A stretch of DNA of 64,000 nucleotides from NCBI GenBank assembly GCA_038206695.1, contig JBBRAN010000013.1, forward strand, positions 662 to 64,661. The letters run 5' to 3'. Positions 55,020-64,000 of this stretch are shown in pieces. Origin of the DNA: Hyphomicrobiales bacterium. Its GTDB lineage: Bacteria > Pseudomonadota > Alphaproteobacteria > Rhizobiales > Xanthobacteraceae. Below the pieces are notes generated by a model. It was given only the letters and a program-made list of their open reading frames with translations, was not told the DNA's origin and ran no database searches. Made by a program: the position numbers and the translations under genes. Positions within the stretch are counted from its first letter, which is position 1; every line of letters begins with the position of its first letter.

Positions 55020-56126
55020 CTAACGGACGGCGGTTTTGAGAACCAGGTCGGCCAGCCGTTCCGCGCCATCGAGCGCGCCGGCCGATTTCGCCGCTTGCGC
55101 CATGCGCGCAAGCCGCACCGGGTCGGATGCCAGCGCCGACAGCTCCAGCGCGATACGTTCCGGAGTGAAGTCCTTTTGCGCGATGGCGATGGCGCCGCCG
55201 GCCATCTCCAGCACGGTCGCGTTGGCGAGCTGGTCCTGATCGAGGGCGTGCGGCAGCGGCACCAGAATCGCCGGCCGGCCGATGGCGGCGAGTTCGGCCA
55301 CCGTCGAGGCGCCGGAGCGCGAGATCACGACATGGCTCTGCGCCATGCGCACGGGCAAATCGTCGAAGAAGTTCGCGACCTCGGCGGCGACGCCGATCCG
55401 GCGATAGCTATCGCGCACGCGCGCCAGATCTTCACCGCGCGCCTGCTGGACGATCTTGAGCCGCGGGCCGAGGTCGGCCGCGAGCTGCTCGATCGCGTCC
55501 GGCACCATATCGGCCATCACCCGGGCGCCCTGACTGCCGCCGAACACCAGAACGCGAAACTCCCCGCCCGGCTGCGGCGGCGCATATGCGTTGGCGGCGG
55601 CGGCGATCGCATTGGGCCGCAATGGATTGCCGGTGAAGGTAACCTTGGCTTGCAGTGCGGCGTCGATCCGCACCTCGGCAAAGCTCGAGGCGATCGCGGT
55701 AACGCGCGGCGCCAGCAATTTGTTGGCACGGCCCATCACGGCGTTCTGCTCGTGCAGCACGCTCGGAATACCGCGCAACGCCGCCGCGAATACCGGAGGC
55801 ACCGTCGGATAACCGCCAAAGCCGACGACGACGGCAGGTTGCAGCCGCCCCAGCATCCGCCACGCATTGGCGAGGCCATAGCTCAAAGTGGCGAGCGTGC
55901 GCGCATAGGCGAGCGGGCTTCGCCCGCGCAGGGTCGCGCTCGGAACGATGTGGACGTCTTCCGGCGGGAATTCGCTGCCATAACCGGCCGCCCGGCGGTC
56001 GGTCGCCAGCGCCACCTTCGCGCCGCGCCGGCGCAACGCAACGGCAAGCGCTTCCGCGGGAAAAAGATGGCCGCCCGTTCCGCCGGCGGCGACCAGCACG
56101 AGCGGCGCGCCGCCCGGCCCGCTCAC
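55020..56126 (-). CDS. murG: Lipid II GlcNAc transferase
   Basis: GGTGGH, GFGGY, HEQN, GNP.R, GGSQGA, RSGAST; GTG start overlaps the ftsW stop. Confidence 0.96.
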   Translation of the reverse strand: MSGPGGAPLVLVAAGGTGGHLFPAEALAVALRRRGAKVALATDRRAAGYGSEFPPEDVHIVPSATLRGRSPLAYARTLATLSYGLANAWRMLGRLQPAVVVGFGGYPTVPPVFAAALRGIPSVLHEQNAVMGRANKLLAPRVTAIASSFAEVRIDAALQAKVTFTGNPLRPNAIAAAANAYAPPQPGGEFRVLVFGGSQGARVMADMVPDAIEQLAADLGPRLKIVQQARGEDLARVRDSYRRIGVAAEVANFFDDLPVRMAQSHVVISRSGASTVAELAAIGRPAILVPLPHALDQDQLANATVLEMAGGAIAIAQKDFTPERIALELSALASDPVRLARMAQAAKSAGALDGAERLADLVLKTAVR

Positions 56127-57283
56127 GCCGCGCTCCGCGCCGCTTCGAGATCGGGCTCGATCTCGGGCGCCAGCATCGAGGCGCGCGGCTGATCGCGCGT
56201 CAGCGCAAGCAGCATGCCGATGCCGTAGGCGAGCGAGATCATCGATGAGCCGCCATACGAGATGAACGGCAGCGTCATGCCTTTGGCGGGGATGAGATGT
56301 AGATTGACCGCCATGTTGATCGCCGATTGCGTGCCGAACAGGATCGCGAGCCCGGCCGCCGCGAACCGCGTGAACGGCTCGTCGTTTCGCATCGCCCGCG
56401 CCAGGGCGCGGATGACGATGAAGGCGAACAGCGCCACCACGACAAGGCACATCACGACGCCGAACTCCTCGGCGCCGACCGCGAACACGAAGTCGGTATG
56501 GCTTTCCGGAAGCAGCCGCTTCACGGTGCCTTCGCCGGGACCCTGGCCGAACCAGCCGCCACGAATGAAGCTCTCGGTTGCGATGTCGATGTTGAAGGTG
56601 TCGCCGGAGCCGGGGTTCAGGAATTTCTTGATGCGGCCGGCGACGTGGGGAATTGTCCAGTAGGCCACCAGTAGACCGGCGCTCGCGGTGACCGCAAGTC
56701 CGAACACCCACACCATTCGCATCCCGGCCATGAAGAACAGCGCGCCCCATACCAGCGTGATCAGCATGGTCTGGCCGAAATCGGGCTGGATCACCAGCAG
56801 TGCCACGACCAGCAGCAGCACGCCGAGCGCCAGCGCATTCGACGGCATTTCGGGATGGCGCGCGGATTCCCCGAACAGCCAGGCGACGATGATGACGAAA
56901 GCGGGCTTGAGGAATTCCGAGGGCTGCAGATTCATGCCGAATAGAACGAGCCAGCGCCGCGCGCCTTTGATCTCGGATCCGAAGTACGGCGTCGCCGCGA
57001 CCAGCAACAGGCTGAGCGCGAACACCACCAGCGAGAAGCGGCGGATCTGGCGTGGGCTCAGGAACGAAACCGCCAGCATCACCGGGACCGAGGCGAGCAG
57101 GAAAAAGATATGCCGGTTGACGAAATAGAACGGCTCGAGGCCGATCCGTCCGGCGACCGGGGGGCTCGCGGCCAGCGACAGCACGACGCCCGCGAGCATC
57201 AGCGCGCCGACAGCGGCGAGCGTCAGCCGGTCGACCGTCCACCACCATTCGCCAAAAGGCGTGCGTTCCGCGCGCGAAACCAT
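56123..57283 (-). CDS. ftsW: SEDS glycosyltransferase FtsW
   Basis: GARRW, QPSE, QPDFG, PESHTDF, LPFISYGGSS. Confidence 0.96.
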   Translation of the reverse strand: MVSRAERTPFGEWWWTVDRLTLAAVGALMLAGVVLSLAASPPVAGRIGLEPFYFVNRHIFFLLASVPVMLAVSFLSPRQIRRFSLVVFALSLLLVAATPYFGSEIKGARRWLVLFGMNLQPSEFLKPAFVIIVAWLFGESARHPEMPSNALALGVLLLVVALLVIQPDFGQTMLITLVWGALFFMAGMRMVWVFGLAVTASAGLLVAYWTIPHVAGRIKKFLNPGSGDTFNIDIATESFIRGGWFGQGPGEGTVKRLLPESHTDFVFAVGAEEFGVVMCLVVVALFAFIVIRALARAMRNDEPFTRFAAAGLAILFGTQSAINMAVNLHLIPAKGMTLPFISYGGSSMISLAYGIGMLLALTRDQPRASMLAPEIEPDLEAARSAA

Positions 57284-57333
57284 TGCGTCCCCAAAGCAGC
57301 GAAACCGGCCGGCGCGAAACTGACTCCTGCCGG

Positions 57334-57349
57334 TTTACGAAGCATTAAC
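57334..57349. promoter_or_regulatory. CtrA-like box upstream of ftsW
   Basis: TTTA-CGAAGCA-TTAAC in the murD-ftsW spacer. Confidence 0.65.
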
Positions 57350-57377
57350 GTTGCGCGGCGGGCCCGGACTGGCGCTC

Positions 57378-58811
57378 TCACTGCGCTCCGGACTTGGACG
57401 TGGACTTGGGCGCCGCCTTGCGCACGATGCCGGGGATCGCCAGCACCAGGTCGCGGAACGCGTCGCCGCGCACTTCGAAATTGCGGTACTGGTCGAACGA
57501 GGCGCCGGCCGGCGACAGCAGCACGACAGGCTCGTTGAGCCCCGACGCGGCGGCGTCGGCGGCGGCGAGATCGAGCGCGCGCGACAGCTTGCCGACCAGT
57601 TCATACGGCACCTTGCCGTCGAGCGTTTTGGCGAATTCGTTGGCCGCCTCGCCGATCAGATAGGCCTTGCGGATGCGCGGGAAATATTCGGCGAGCGAGG
57701 TGATGCCGCCAGTTTTCGACTTGTTTCCGGCGATCCAGAAAATATCCTGGAAACTCGCCAGCGCGCGCGCCGCAGAATCGGCGTTGGTCGCCTTGGAGTC
57801 GTTGACGAACACCACCTTATCCTTGCGGCCGACCTCCTCCATGCGGTGCGCGAGCCCCGGAAAGCTGATGAGGCCCTTCTGGATGGCGGGGATATCGACG
57901 CCGAGCGCGCGCGCCGTCGCGATCGCCGCCGCCGCGTTCTGTGCGTTGTGCGCGCCGCGCAGCGAGCCGATCCCGGCAAGTTGCGCGACCGGCACCGCCT
58001 TGCCGCCCGAAGCCTGGACGATGCGCGTGCCCTCGGCGTAGAGGCCGTCCTTGAGCGTGTCCGTCACCGAGATCTGCACCACCTTGATGCCCGCGCGGTT
58101 GAGGCGTTCGGCCGCGATCCGGCCAAAGCGGTCGTCGACGCCGATCACCGCGGTGCCGCCGGGCTCGACCTTGGCCGGCACCAGCGCCTTGATCGCGGCG
58201 TAGTTTTCCATGGTGCCGTGACGGTCGAGATGATCCTCCGAGACGTTGAGCATGATGCCGACGGTGGCGCTGAGCGATGGCGCAAGGTCGATCTGATACG
58301 ACGAGACTTCGATGACGTAGCAGCGGTTCGTCGCGAACGGCTCGAGCGCGAGGATCGGCGTGCCGATATTGCCGCCGATCTGGGCTTCCTTGCCGGCGCT
58401 TCGCAGCAGATGGGCGATCAGCGCGGTCGTGGTCGATTTGCCGTTGGTGCCGGTGATGGCGACGAACGGCGCGTCCGACGCATTCACCGCGCGCACGAGG
58501 CAAAACAATTCGATGTCGCCGATCACCTCGACCGCGGCCGCCCGCGCCATCGTCACCGACCAGTGCGGCTCGGGATGGGTCAGCGGCACGCCGGGCGACA
58601 GCACCAGCGCGGCGAATTTGGCGAAATCGAGCTTGCGCAGGTCGGCGGTATCGATGCCATTGGCTTCGGCCTGCACCATGCGCTGGGGGTCGTCGTCGCA
58701 GGCGATGACGCGCGCGCCGCCCGCCGCCAGCGCCTTGGCAGTCGCCAGCCCCGAGCCGCCCAGCCCGAACAGCGCGACGGTCTGGCCGGCGAAGATGGTG
58801 ACCGGGATCAT
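57378..58811 (-). CDS. murD: UDP-MurNAc-L-Ala-D-glutamate ligase
   Basis: [38 protein letters not shown]. Confidence 0.96.
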   Translation of the reverse strand: MIPVTIFAGQTVALFGLGGSGLATAKALAAGGARVIACDDDPQRMVQAEANGIDTADLRKLDFAKFAALVLSPGVPLTHPEPHWSVTMARAAAVEVIGDIELFCLVRAVNASDAPFVAITGTNGKSTTTALIAHLLRSAGKEAQIGGNIGTPILALEPFATNRCYVIEVSSYQIDLAPSLSATVGIMLNVSEDHLDRHGTMENYAAIKALVPAKVEPGGTAVIGVDDRFGRIAAERLNRAGIKVVQISVTDTLKDGLYAEGTRIVQASGGKAVPVAQLAGIGSLRGAHNAQNAAAAIATARALGVDIPAIQKGLISFPGLAHRMEEVGRKDKVVFVNDSKATNADSAARALASFQDIFWIAGNKSKTGGITSLAEYFPRIRKAYLIGEAANEFAKTLDGKVPYELVGKLSRALDLAAADAAASGLNEPVVLLSPAGASFDQYRNFEVRGDAFRDLVLAIPGIVRKAAPKSTSKSGAQ

Positions 58812-59893
58812 CGCAGCTTGAGCGTGGCGAGGCCCGCAAGCGCCAGCACGACCGCGACGATCCAGAACCGGATCACGATCTGCGACTCGGTCCAGCCGAG
58901 TTGCTCATAATGGTGGTGGATCGGCGCCATCCGGAACACGCGACGCCCGGTGAGCTTGAACGACACCACCTGGACGATCACCGAAACCGCCTCGAGCACG
59001 AACAGCCCGCCGATCACCGCGAGCACGATCTCGTGCTTGGTCGCCACCGCGATAGTGCCGAGCATGCCGCCGAGCGCCAGCGAGCCGGTATCGCCCATAA
59101 AGATCGAGGCCGGTGGCGCGTTGAACCACAGGAATCCCAGGCTGGCGCCGATCAGCGCGCCGCACAGCACCGCAAGCTCGCCGGTGCCGGCGACGTAATG
59201 GATCTGCAGATATTCGGCGAACACCGCGTTGCCCGCGAGGTAGGCGATCAGCCCGAAGCTCGCCGACGCGATCATTACCGGCACGATAGCGAGGCCGTCG
59301 AGCCCGTCGGTCAGGTTGACCGCGTTGCCGGCGCCGACGATCACGAAGGCACCGACCAGCACGAACATCCAGCCGAGATTGATGACGAGGACCTTGAAGA
59401 ACGGAAATACCAGCGACGTCGCCGCATTGCCGCGGCCGAGGCTCGCGAGCGCCATGCAGGCCGCGATGGCGACGATGCCCTCCGCGATCAGCCGGGTGCG
59501 GCCGGCGAAGCCGGAATGGCTCTGCCGCGTGACCTTGAGATAGTCGTCATAAAATCCGATCAGCCCAAAGCATAACGTCACGCCGAGCACGATCCAGACA
59601 TACGGATTCTTCGGATTGGCCCACAGCAAGGTCGAGACCAGCAGGCCGGACAAGATCATCAGCCCGCCCATGGTCGGCGTGCCTTTTTTCGTCACCAGAT
59701 GCGACTTCGGACCGTCGGCGCGGATCGGCTGGCCCTTGCCCTGCTTGAGCCGCAACAGATCGATGATCGGGCCGCCGAACAGGAAGACGAAGATCAGCGC
59801 GGTGACGATCGCGCCGCCGGTACGAAACGTGATGTAACGAAAGACGTTGAAGGCAGAAAATTTATCGGAAAGTTCGATCAGCCAGTAAAACAT
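58808..59893 (-). CDS. mraY: Phospho-MurNAc-pentapeptide translocase
   Basis: [35 protein letters not shown]. Confidence 0.97.
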   Translation of the reverse strand: MFYWLIELSDKFSAFNVFRYITFRTGGAIVTALIFVFLFGGPIIDLLRLKQGKGQPIRADGPKSHLVTKKGTPTMGGLMILSGLLVSTLLWANPKNPYVWIVLGVTLCFGLIGFYDDYLKVTRQSHSGFAGRTRLIAEGIVAIAACMALASLGRGNAATSLVFPFFKVLVINLGWMFVLVGAFVIVGAGNAVNLTDGLDGLAIVPVMIASASFGLIAYLAGNAVFAEYLQIHYVAGTGELAVLCGALIGASLGFLWFNAPPASIFMGDTGSLALGGMLGTIAVATKHEIVLAVIGGLFVLEAVSVIVQVVSFKLTGRRVFRMAPIHHHYEQLGWTESQIVIRFWIVAVVLALAGLATLKLR

Positions 59894-59910
59894 CGCCCAA
59901 TCCTGACAGC

Positions 59911-61341
59911 CTAGCTTTGCGCCTGTTCGATCGCCGCCTGCCGCGGAAACTGCCGTTCGATCGCCTTGACGATCGGAGCCATTTTCGAGCCGAGCGAGCC
60001 CTTGACCATGACCGCGTCGCCGGCGCGGATTGCGTCGACCACGCCGGCCTCGAGCTCGGCGGCCGTTCCGGCATAGCCGCCCCGGCGGTTCGTGGGAAGA
60101 GCCTCCCACAGCGCGCGCATTTGCGCTCCACTGCAAAATACCAGGTCGACCTTGGCCGCCTTTACCGCCTGCGCCAGTCCGCGGTGCAGCGCGGGGCCTT
60201 GCGCGCCCAATTCCAGCATATCGCCGAGCACCGCGATGCGACGTCCCTGGCTGCCGAGCGGCGCCTGGCCAAGCAGCGCCAACGCCGCGCGCATCGAGGC
60301 CGGATTGGCATTGTAGCTTTCGTCGATCAGTAACACGTTGCCGCCGGGCACTACGAGCGTCAGCCGGGTGCCGCGGCCGGCCGCCGGCTGCAGCTTGTTG
60401 AGCGCGAGCGCCGCCAAAGCGAGATCGGCGCCGGTCAACGATGCCACGGCCAGCACGGCAAGAGAATTGATGACGAGATGATGCCCCGGCGCGCCGAGCT
60501 TGTAGGTCACATCGACGCCGAGGATGTCGGCCTTGACGCAGGAACATTCGGCATGAAGCGACTGCTTGATCAGCCGCGCGTCGGCCTTGGCGTCCTCGCC
60601 GAACGTCACAATGCGCGCGATCCCCGTCGTCGCGGCAGCGCGCTCGAGCTGGCCGAACTGGGCATTGTCGCGGTTGAGGACCGCCGTGCCGCCGGGCTCG
60701 ACGCCCGAAAAAATTTCGGCCTTGGCTTCCGCGATCTTTTCCAGCGTGCCGAAAAACTCGAGATGGACCGGCTCGATCGTCGTGATGACGGCGACGTGCG
60801 GGCGCACCAGTTTCGTCAGCGGCGTGATCTCGCCGGCATGGTTCATTCCGATTTCGAACACCGCGAAACGGGCGCTCACCGGACAACGCGCGAGCGATAG
60901 CGGCACGCCCCAATGATTGTTGTAGGACGCGGCGGAGGCGTGCGTCTCGCCGTCGGCCGACAGCGCGAGACGGAGCGCTTCTTTCGTGCCGGTCTTTCCC
61001 ACCGAGCCGGTGACGGCGATGATTTTCGCGGGCGAGCGTTGGCGCGCGGCGCGCGCAAGATCGCGCAGACCCTCGAGCACATCCGGCACCACCAGCAGTG
61101 GCGCCGCGCCAAACTCCGCGCGCTCCTTGGCCGCGACCACGGCCAGGCCGGCACCCGCCTGCAAAGCACCAGCGACAAAGGAGTGGCCGTCGCGATTCTC
61201 GCCGGTGATGGCGAAAAACGCGTCGCCTTTCTTCAGGCTGCGGCTGTCGATCGAGATGCCATTGACGTCAGCCGGCGGCGTGCCGGATTTCTCGGCCCGC
61301 ATCACCTTGGCCATATCGTCGGACGTCCAGAGCACGCTCAT
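59911..61341 (-). CDS. murF: UDP-MurNAc-tripeptide-D-Ala-D-Ala ligase
   Basis: [38 protein letters not shown]. Confidence 0.96.
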   Translation of the reverse strand: MSVLWTSDDMAKVMRAEKSGTPPADVNGISIDSRSLKKGDAFFAITGENRDGHSFVAGALQAGAGLAVVAAKERAEFGAAPLLVVPDVLEGLRDLARAARQRSPAKIIAVTGSVGKTGTKEALRLALSADGETHASAASYNNHWGVPLSLARCPVSARFAVFEIGMNHAGEITPLTKLVRPHVAVITTIEPVHLEFFGTLEKIAEAKAEIFSGVEPGGTAVLNRDNAQFGQLERAAATTGIARIVTFGEDAKADARLIKQSLHAECSCVKADILGVDVTYKLGAPGHHLVINSLAVLAVASLTGADLALAALALNKLQPAAGRGTRLTLVVPGGNVLLIDESYNANPASMRAALALLGQAPLGSQGRRIAVLGDMLELGAQGPALHRGLAQAVKAAKVDLVFCSGAQMRALWEALPTNRRGGYAGTAAELEAGVVDAIRAGDAVMVKGSLGSKMAPIVKAIERQFPRQAAIEQAQS

Positions 61342-62777
61342 GCGGCGTAGCCCTGCAACGCGGCGGCGACCGCGTCGTGGTCGGAAAATTTCAGAATCTT
61401 GTCGCCGACGATCTGTCCGCTTTCATGACCCTTGCCGGCGACCAGCAGGACGTCGCCGCGCTGGAGCTCGGCAATGGCGGTCCGGATCGCCTCCGCGCGG
61501 TCGCCGATCTCGGTGGCGCCCGGAGCGGCGGCTAAAATTTCGGCGCGGATCGTCGCCGGGTTTTCGCTGCGTGGATTATCGTCGGTGACGATCACCCGGT
61601 CGGCCTTCTCGACCGCAATCTTGCCCATCAAGGGCCGCTTGCCCTTGTCGCGGTCGCCGCCACAGCCGAATACGACGACCAGCCGCGCCTTGGCATAAGG
61701 ACGTAGCGCCTCGAGCGCCTTGGCGAGGGCATCGGGCTTGTGCGCGTAATCGACGAAGATCGGCGCGCCGTTCTTGGCGCCGACCTGTTCAAGCCGGCCC
61801 TTGGCGCCGGTGAGATGTTCCAGCGCGGCAAACACCGCAGCCGGATTGCCGCCGGTCGCGATGGCGAGCCCGGCCGCCACCAATGCGTTTTCGACCTGGA
61901 ACGCACCGACCAATGGCAGTCTGATCGAATAGTTCTTGCCGGCATGGCTGAGTTTGACCACCTGCACGAAGCCTTCGACCGCGCCGCCGGTGAGCTTGAT
62001 GGCATCGCCGCCCTCGCCGACCGTCATCACCTTGAGGCCGCGCTTCTCCGCCGCGGCGATGACGTGATGGGAATAACAATTATCGGCGCCGATTACGGCG
62101 GTCCCCGCCGGCACGATCAGGTTGTCGAACAGCCGCATTTTCGCAGCAAGATAGGCTTCGATGCTCGGATGGTAATCGAGATGATCGCGCGACAGGTTCG
62201 TGAACGCGCCGGCTGTCACCCGCACCCCATCGAGGCGGTGCTGATCGAGACCGTGCGACGAGGCTTCCAGCGCGAGATGCGTCACGCCGCCGGCGGCGAG
62301 CTGGTCTAGTGTGCGATGCAGATCGACCGGATCCGGTGTCGTCAGCGAGCCATAGACCTCGCCGTTCGGCGACACCACGCCGATCGTGCCGATGCTGGCC
62401 GCCTGATGTCCGAGCGATGCCCATATCTGCCGCGTGAAGGCGGCGACCGAAGTCTTGCCGCTGGTGCCGGTGACCGCGGCGATTGTGCCGGGCTGGCGCG
62501 GATAGAATTTCGCCGCTGCCAGCGCCAGAGCGCGACGCACATTCTCGACCTGAACGAACGCGGCGCCCGGAATGTCGAGGCGGCCCTCCGCCGCCACCGC
62601 GGTCGCGCCGGCTTTGACAGCGGCTTGCGCGAAATGTGCGCCATCCGCTTTGGCGCCGGACACCGCAAAAAACAGAAAGCCGGGAGCAGCCTTGCGGCTG
62701 TCGGCGGTGATGCCGGAAATCTCGACATTGGTCGCGTTGCCGACCTCGGTTTCCGGCAGCAGGTCGGCGAGCTTCAC
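61338..62777 (-). CDS. murE: UDP-MurNAc-dipeptide-meso-DAP ligase
   Basis: TGTSGKT, EASSHG, DHLDYH, DYAH, DNPR, GKGHE. Confidence 0.97.
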   Translation of the reverse strand: MKLADLLPETEVGNATNVEISGITADSRKAAPGFLFFAVSGAKADGAHFAQAAVKAGATAVAAEGRLDIPGAAFVQVENVRRALALAAAKFYPRQPGTIAAVTGTSGKTSVAAFTRQIWASLGHQAASIGTIGVVSPNGEVYGSLTTPDPVDLHRTLDQLAAGGVTHLALEASSHGLDQHRLDGVRVTAGAFTNLSRDHLDYHPSIEAYLAAKMRLFDNLIVPAGTAVIGADNCYSHHVIAAAEKRGLKVMTVGEGGDAIKLTGGAVEGFVQVVKLSHAGKNYSIRLPLVGAFQVENALVAAGLAIATGGNPAAVFAALEHLTGAKGRLEQVGAKNGAPIFVDYAHKPDALAKALEALRPYAKARLVVVFGCGGDRDKGKRPLMGKIAVEKADRVIVTDDNPRSENPATIRAEILAAAPGATEIGDRAEAIRTAIAELQRGDVLLVAGKGHESGQIVGDKILKFSDHDAVAAALQGYAA

Positions 62778-64000
62778 CGCATCTCCTTGCCGCCGGCGAG
62801 CAGCAACTGATCGGACGGCAGCAGGCCGAAGCGCGGCTGCAAGCCGAGCAGCGGCGCGACGCGCGCCACAACCGCGCCGCCAACCGGCACGGCATTCCAG
62901 CCCGAGGTGGCGTAGCCGTGGGTTTCCGGAAGGGCCTGCGGTTCGTCGAGCATGATCAGCAGCAGATAACGCGGTTTGTCGGCCGGCAGGATGGCGGTGA
63001 AAGTGGTCAAAAGTCTGTTCTTGACGTAGCGGCCGCCGATCGCCTTTTCCGAGGTGCCGGTCTTGCCGCCGATATAATAACCGGCGACATCGGCCTTCGT
63101 CGCGGTGCCCTTTTCGACGTTCAGGCGCATCAAATACCGCATCTTGTCGCTGGTTTCCGGCTTGACCACGCGCACGGCAAGCTTGGCCGCTTCGTCCTCG
63201 GTCCGCTTGAGGAAGGTCGGCGGCATCAGAAGCCCGCCATTGACCAGCGCGGAAATGCCCATCACCGCCTGCAACGGCGCGACCGACAGGCCGTGGCCGA
63301 AGGCGATCGTCACCGTGTTGAGCTCGCGCCAGTTTTTCGGAACGAGCGGTTCTGCGCTTTCCGGCAATTCGGTGCGCAAGCGGTCGAGCTGGCCGAGCTT
63401 CTTGAGGAAGGCCTTGTGGTAGTCAATGCCCAGCGACAGCGCCATGCGCGCGGTGCCGATATTCGACGAATAAGTGAAAATTTCCGGCACACTGAGGACG
63501 CGTTTCTGCGCGTGATAATCGTTGATCTCGAACTTGCCGTAGCGCAGCGGCAGCCGTGCGTCGAAAGTGGTCGCAAGGTTGATCTTGCCGCTGTCGAGTG
63601 CCATCGCCAGAGTGAGCGCCTTGAAGGTCGAGCCCATCTCATAGACCCCGGTGGTCAGCCGGTTGAGATTATGCTCGTTGTTCGCGTCGCGCGGATTGTT
63701 GGGGTCGTAGTCCGGCTCCGAGACCAGCGCGACGATCTCGCCGGTGCGCACATCGGCAATCACGCCCGCGGCAGCGATCGCCTTGAACTTGGTGCGCGCC
63801 GCGACCAGCTCCTCGCGCAGCGCATACTGCACGCGCAGGTCGACGGCGAGCTCGACCGGCTTTTGCAAGCGGTCGGTCGCCAATCCCGCCATATGCAGCG
63901 CGGCGAGCCCTTGCCCGTCGAGCCACTTCTCCATGCCGGCAATGCCCTGGTTGTCGATGTTGACGTGACCGATCACGTGCGACATCACCGGGCCGTTTGG
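62774..64000 (-). CDS. ftsI: PBP3/FtsI transpeptidase, C-terminal part (runs off the right window edge)
   Basis: STFK, SSN and KTG motifs; position upstream of murE. Confidence 0.93.
   Translation of the reverse strand, partial: PNGPVMSHVIGHVNIDNQGIAGMEKWLDGQGLAALHMAGLATDRLQKPVELAVDLRVQYALREELVAARTKFKAIAAAGVIADVRTGEIVALVSEPDYDPNNPRDANNEHNLNRLTTGVYEMGSTFKALTLAMALDSGKINLATTFDARLPLRYGKFEINDYHAQKRVLSVPEIFTYSSNIGTARMALSLGIDYHKAFLKKLGQLDRLRTELPESAEPLVPKNWRELNTVTIAFGHGLSVAPLQAVMGISALVNGGLLMPPTFLKRTEDEAAKLAVRVVKPETSDKMRYLMRLNVEKGTATKADVAGYYIGGKTGTSEKAIGGRYVKNRLLTTFTAILPADKPRYLLLIMLDEPQALPETHGYATSGWNAVPVGGAVVARVAPLLGLQPRFGLLPSDQLLLAGGKEMR

Noticed and set aside
55020-60913. Apparent fusions or N-terminal extensions of murG (742 aa) and mraY (701 aa); likewise hflC, serB, Nudix and GNAT in the track
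   Set aside because: The extensions are off-frame overlaps with upstream genes; canonical starts exist, several with stop/start coupling

Overview
High-GC alphaproteobacterial (Hyphomicrobiales, Nitrobacteraceae/Xanthobacteraceae-like gene order; taxonomy is inference) core-chromosome window. From left to right: the 5' part of leuA with a Leu-rich leader peptide; ppk2-nudix-pdxY next to a NitT/TauT ABC transporter; an osmoprotectant permease-SBP fusion; ilvIH-ilvC with a classical attenuator; miaA/serB; degQ-DUF2065-hflC-hflK; folA-GNAT-thyA; tctAB; a short-chain chrA pair; a two-piece permuted tmRNA followed by sspB and fumC; asmA; an FAD oxidase; uvrD; a patch of small accessory genes (34.3-38.5 kb); prmA and pepP; then ligA-recN-bamD-lpxC and the dcw cluster from ftsZ to a partial ftsI. 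I found no prophage, IS, CRISPR array or defence island, and no convincing new multi-gene system. The most unusual signals are small-scale: an 89-codon in-frame insertion in the UvrD motor domain that appears to be built from REP/RPE-like palindrome arms; a leuA leader with no terminator but an alternative-pairing switch; three separate short tandem-repeat arrays at regulatory positions (degQ 5' UTR, tmRNA intervening segment, ssrA-sspB spacer); unannotated microproteins; a GlcG/HbpS gene remnant; and CtrA-like boxes in the dcw cluster.
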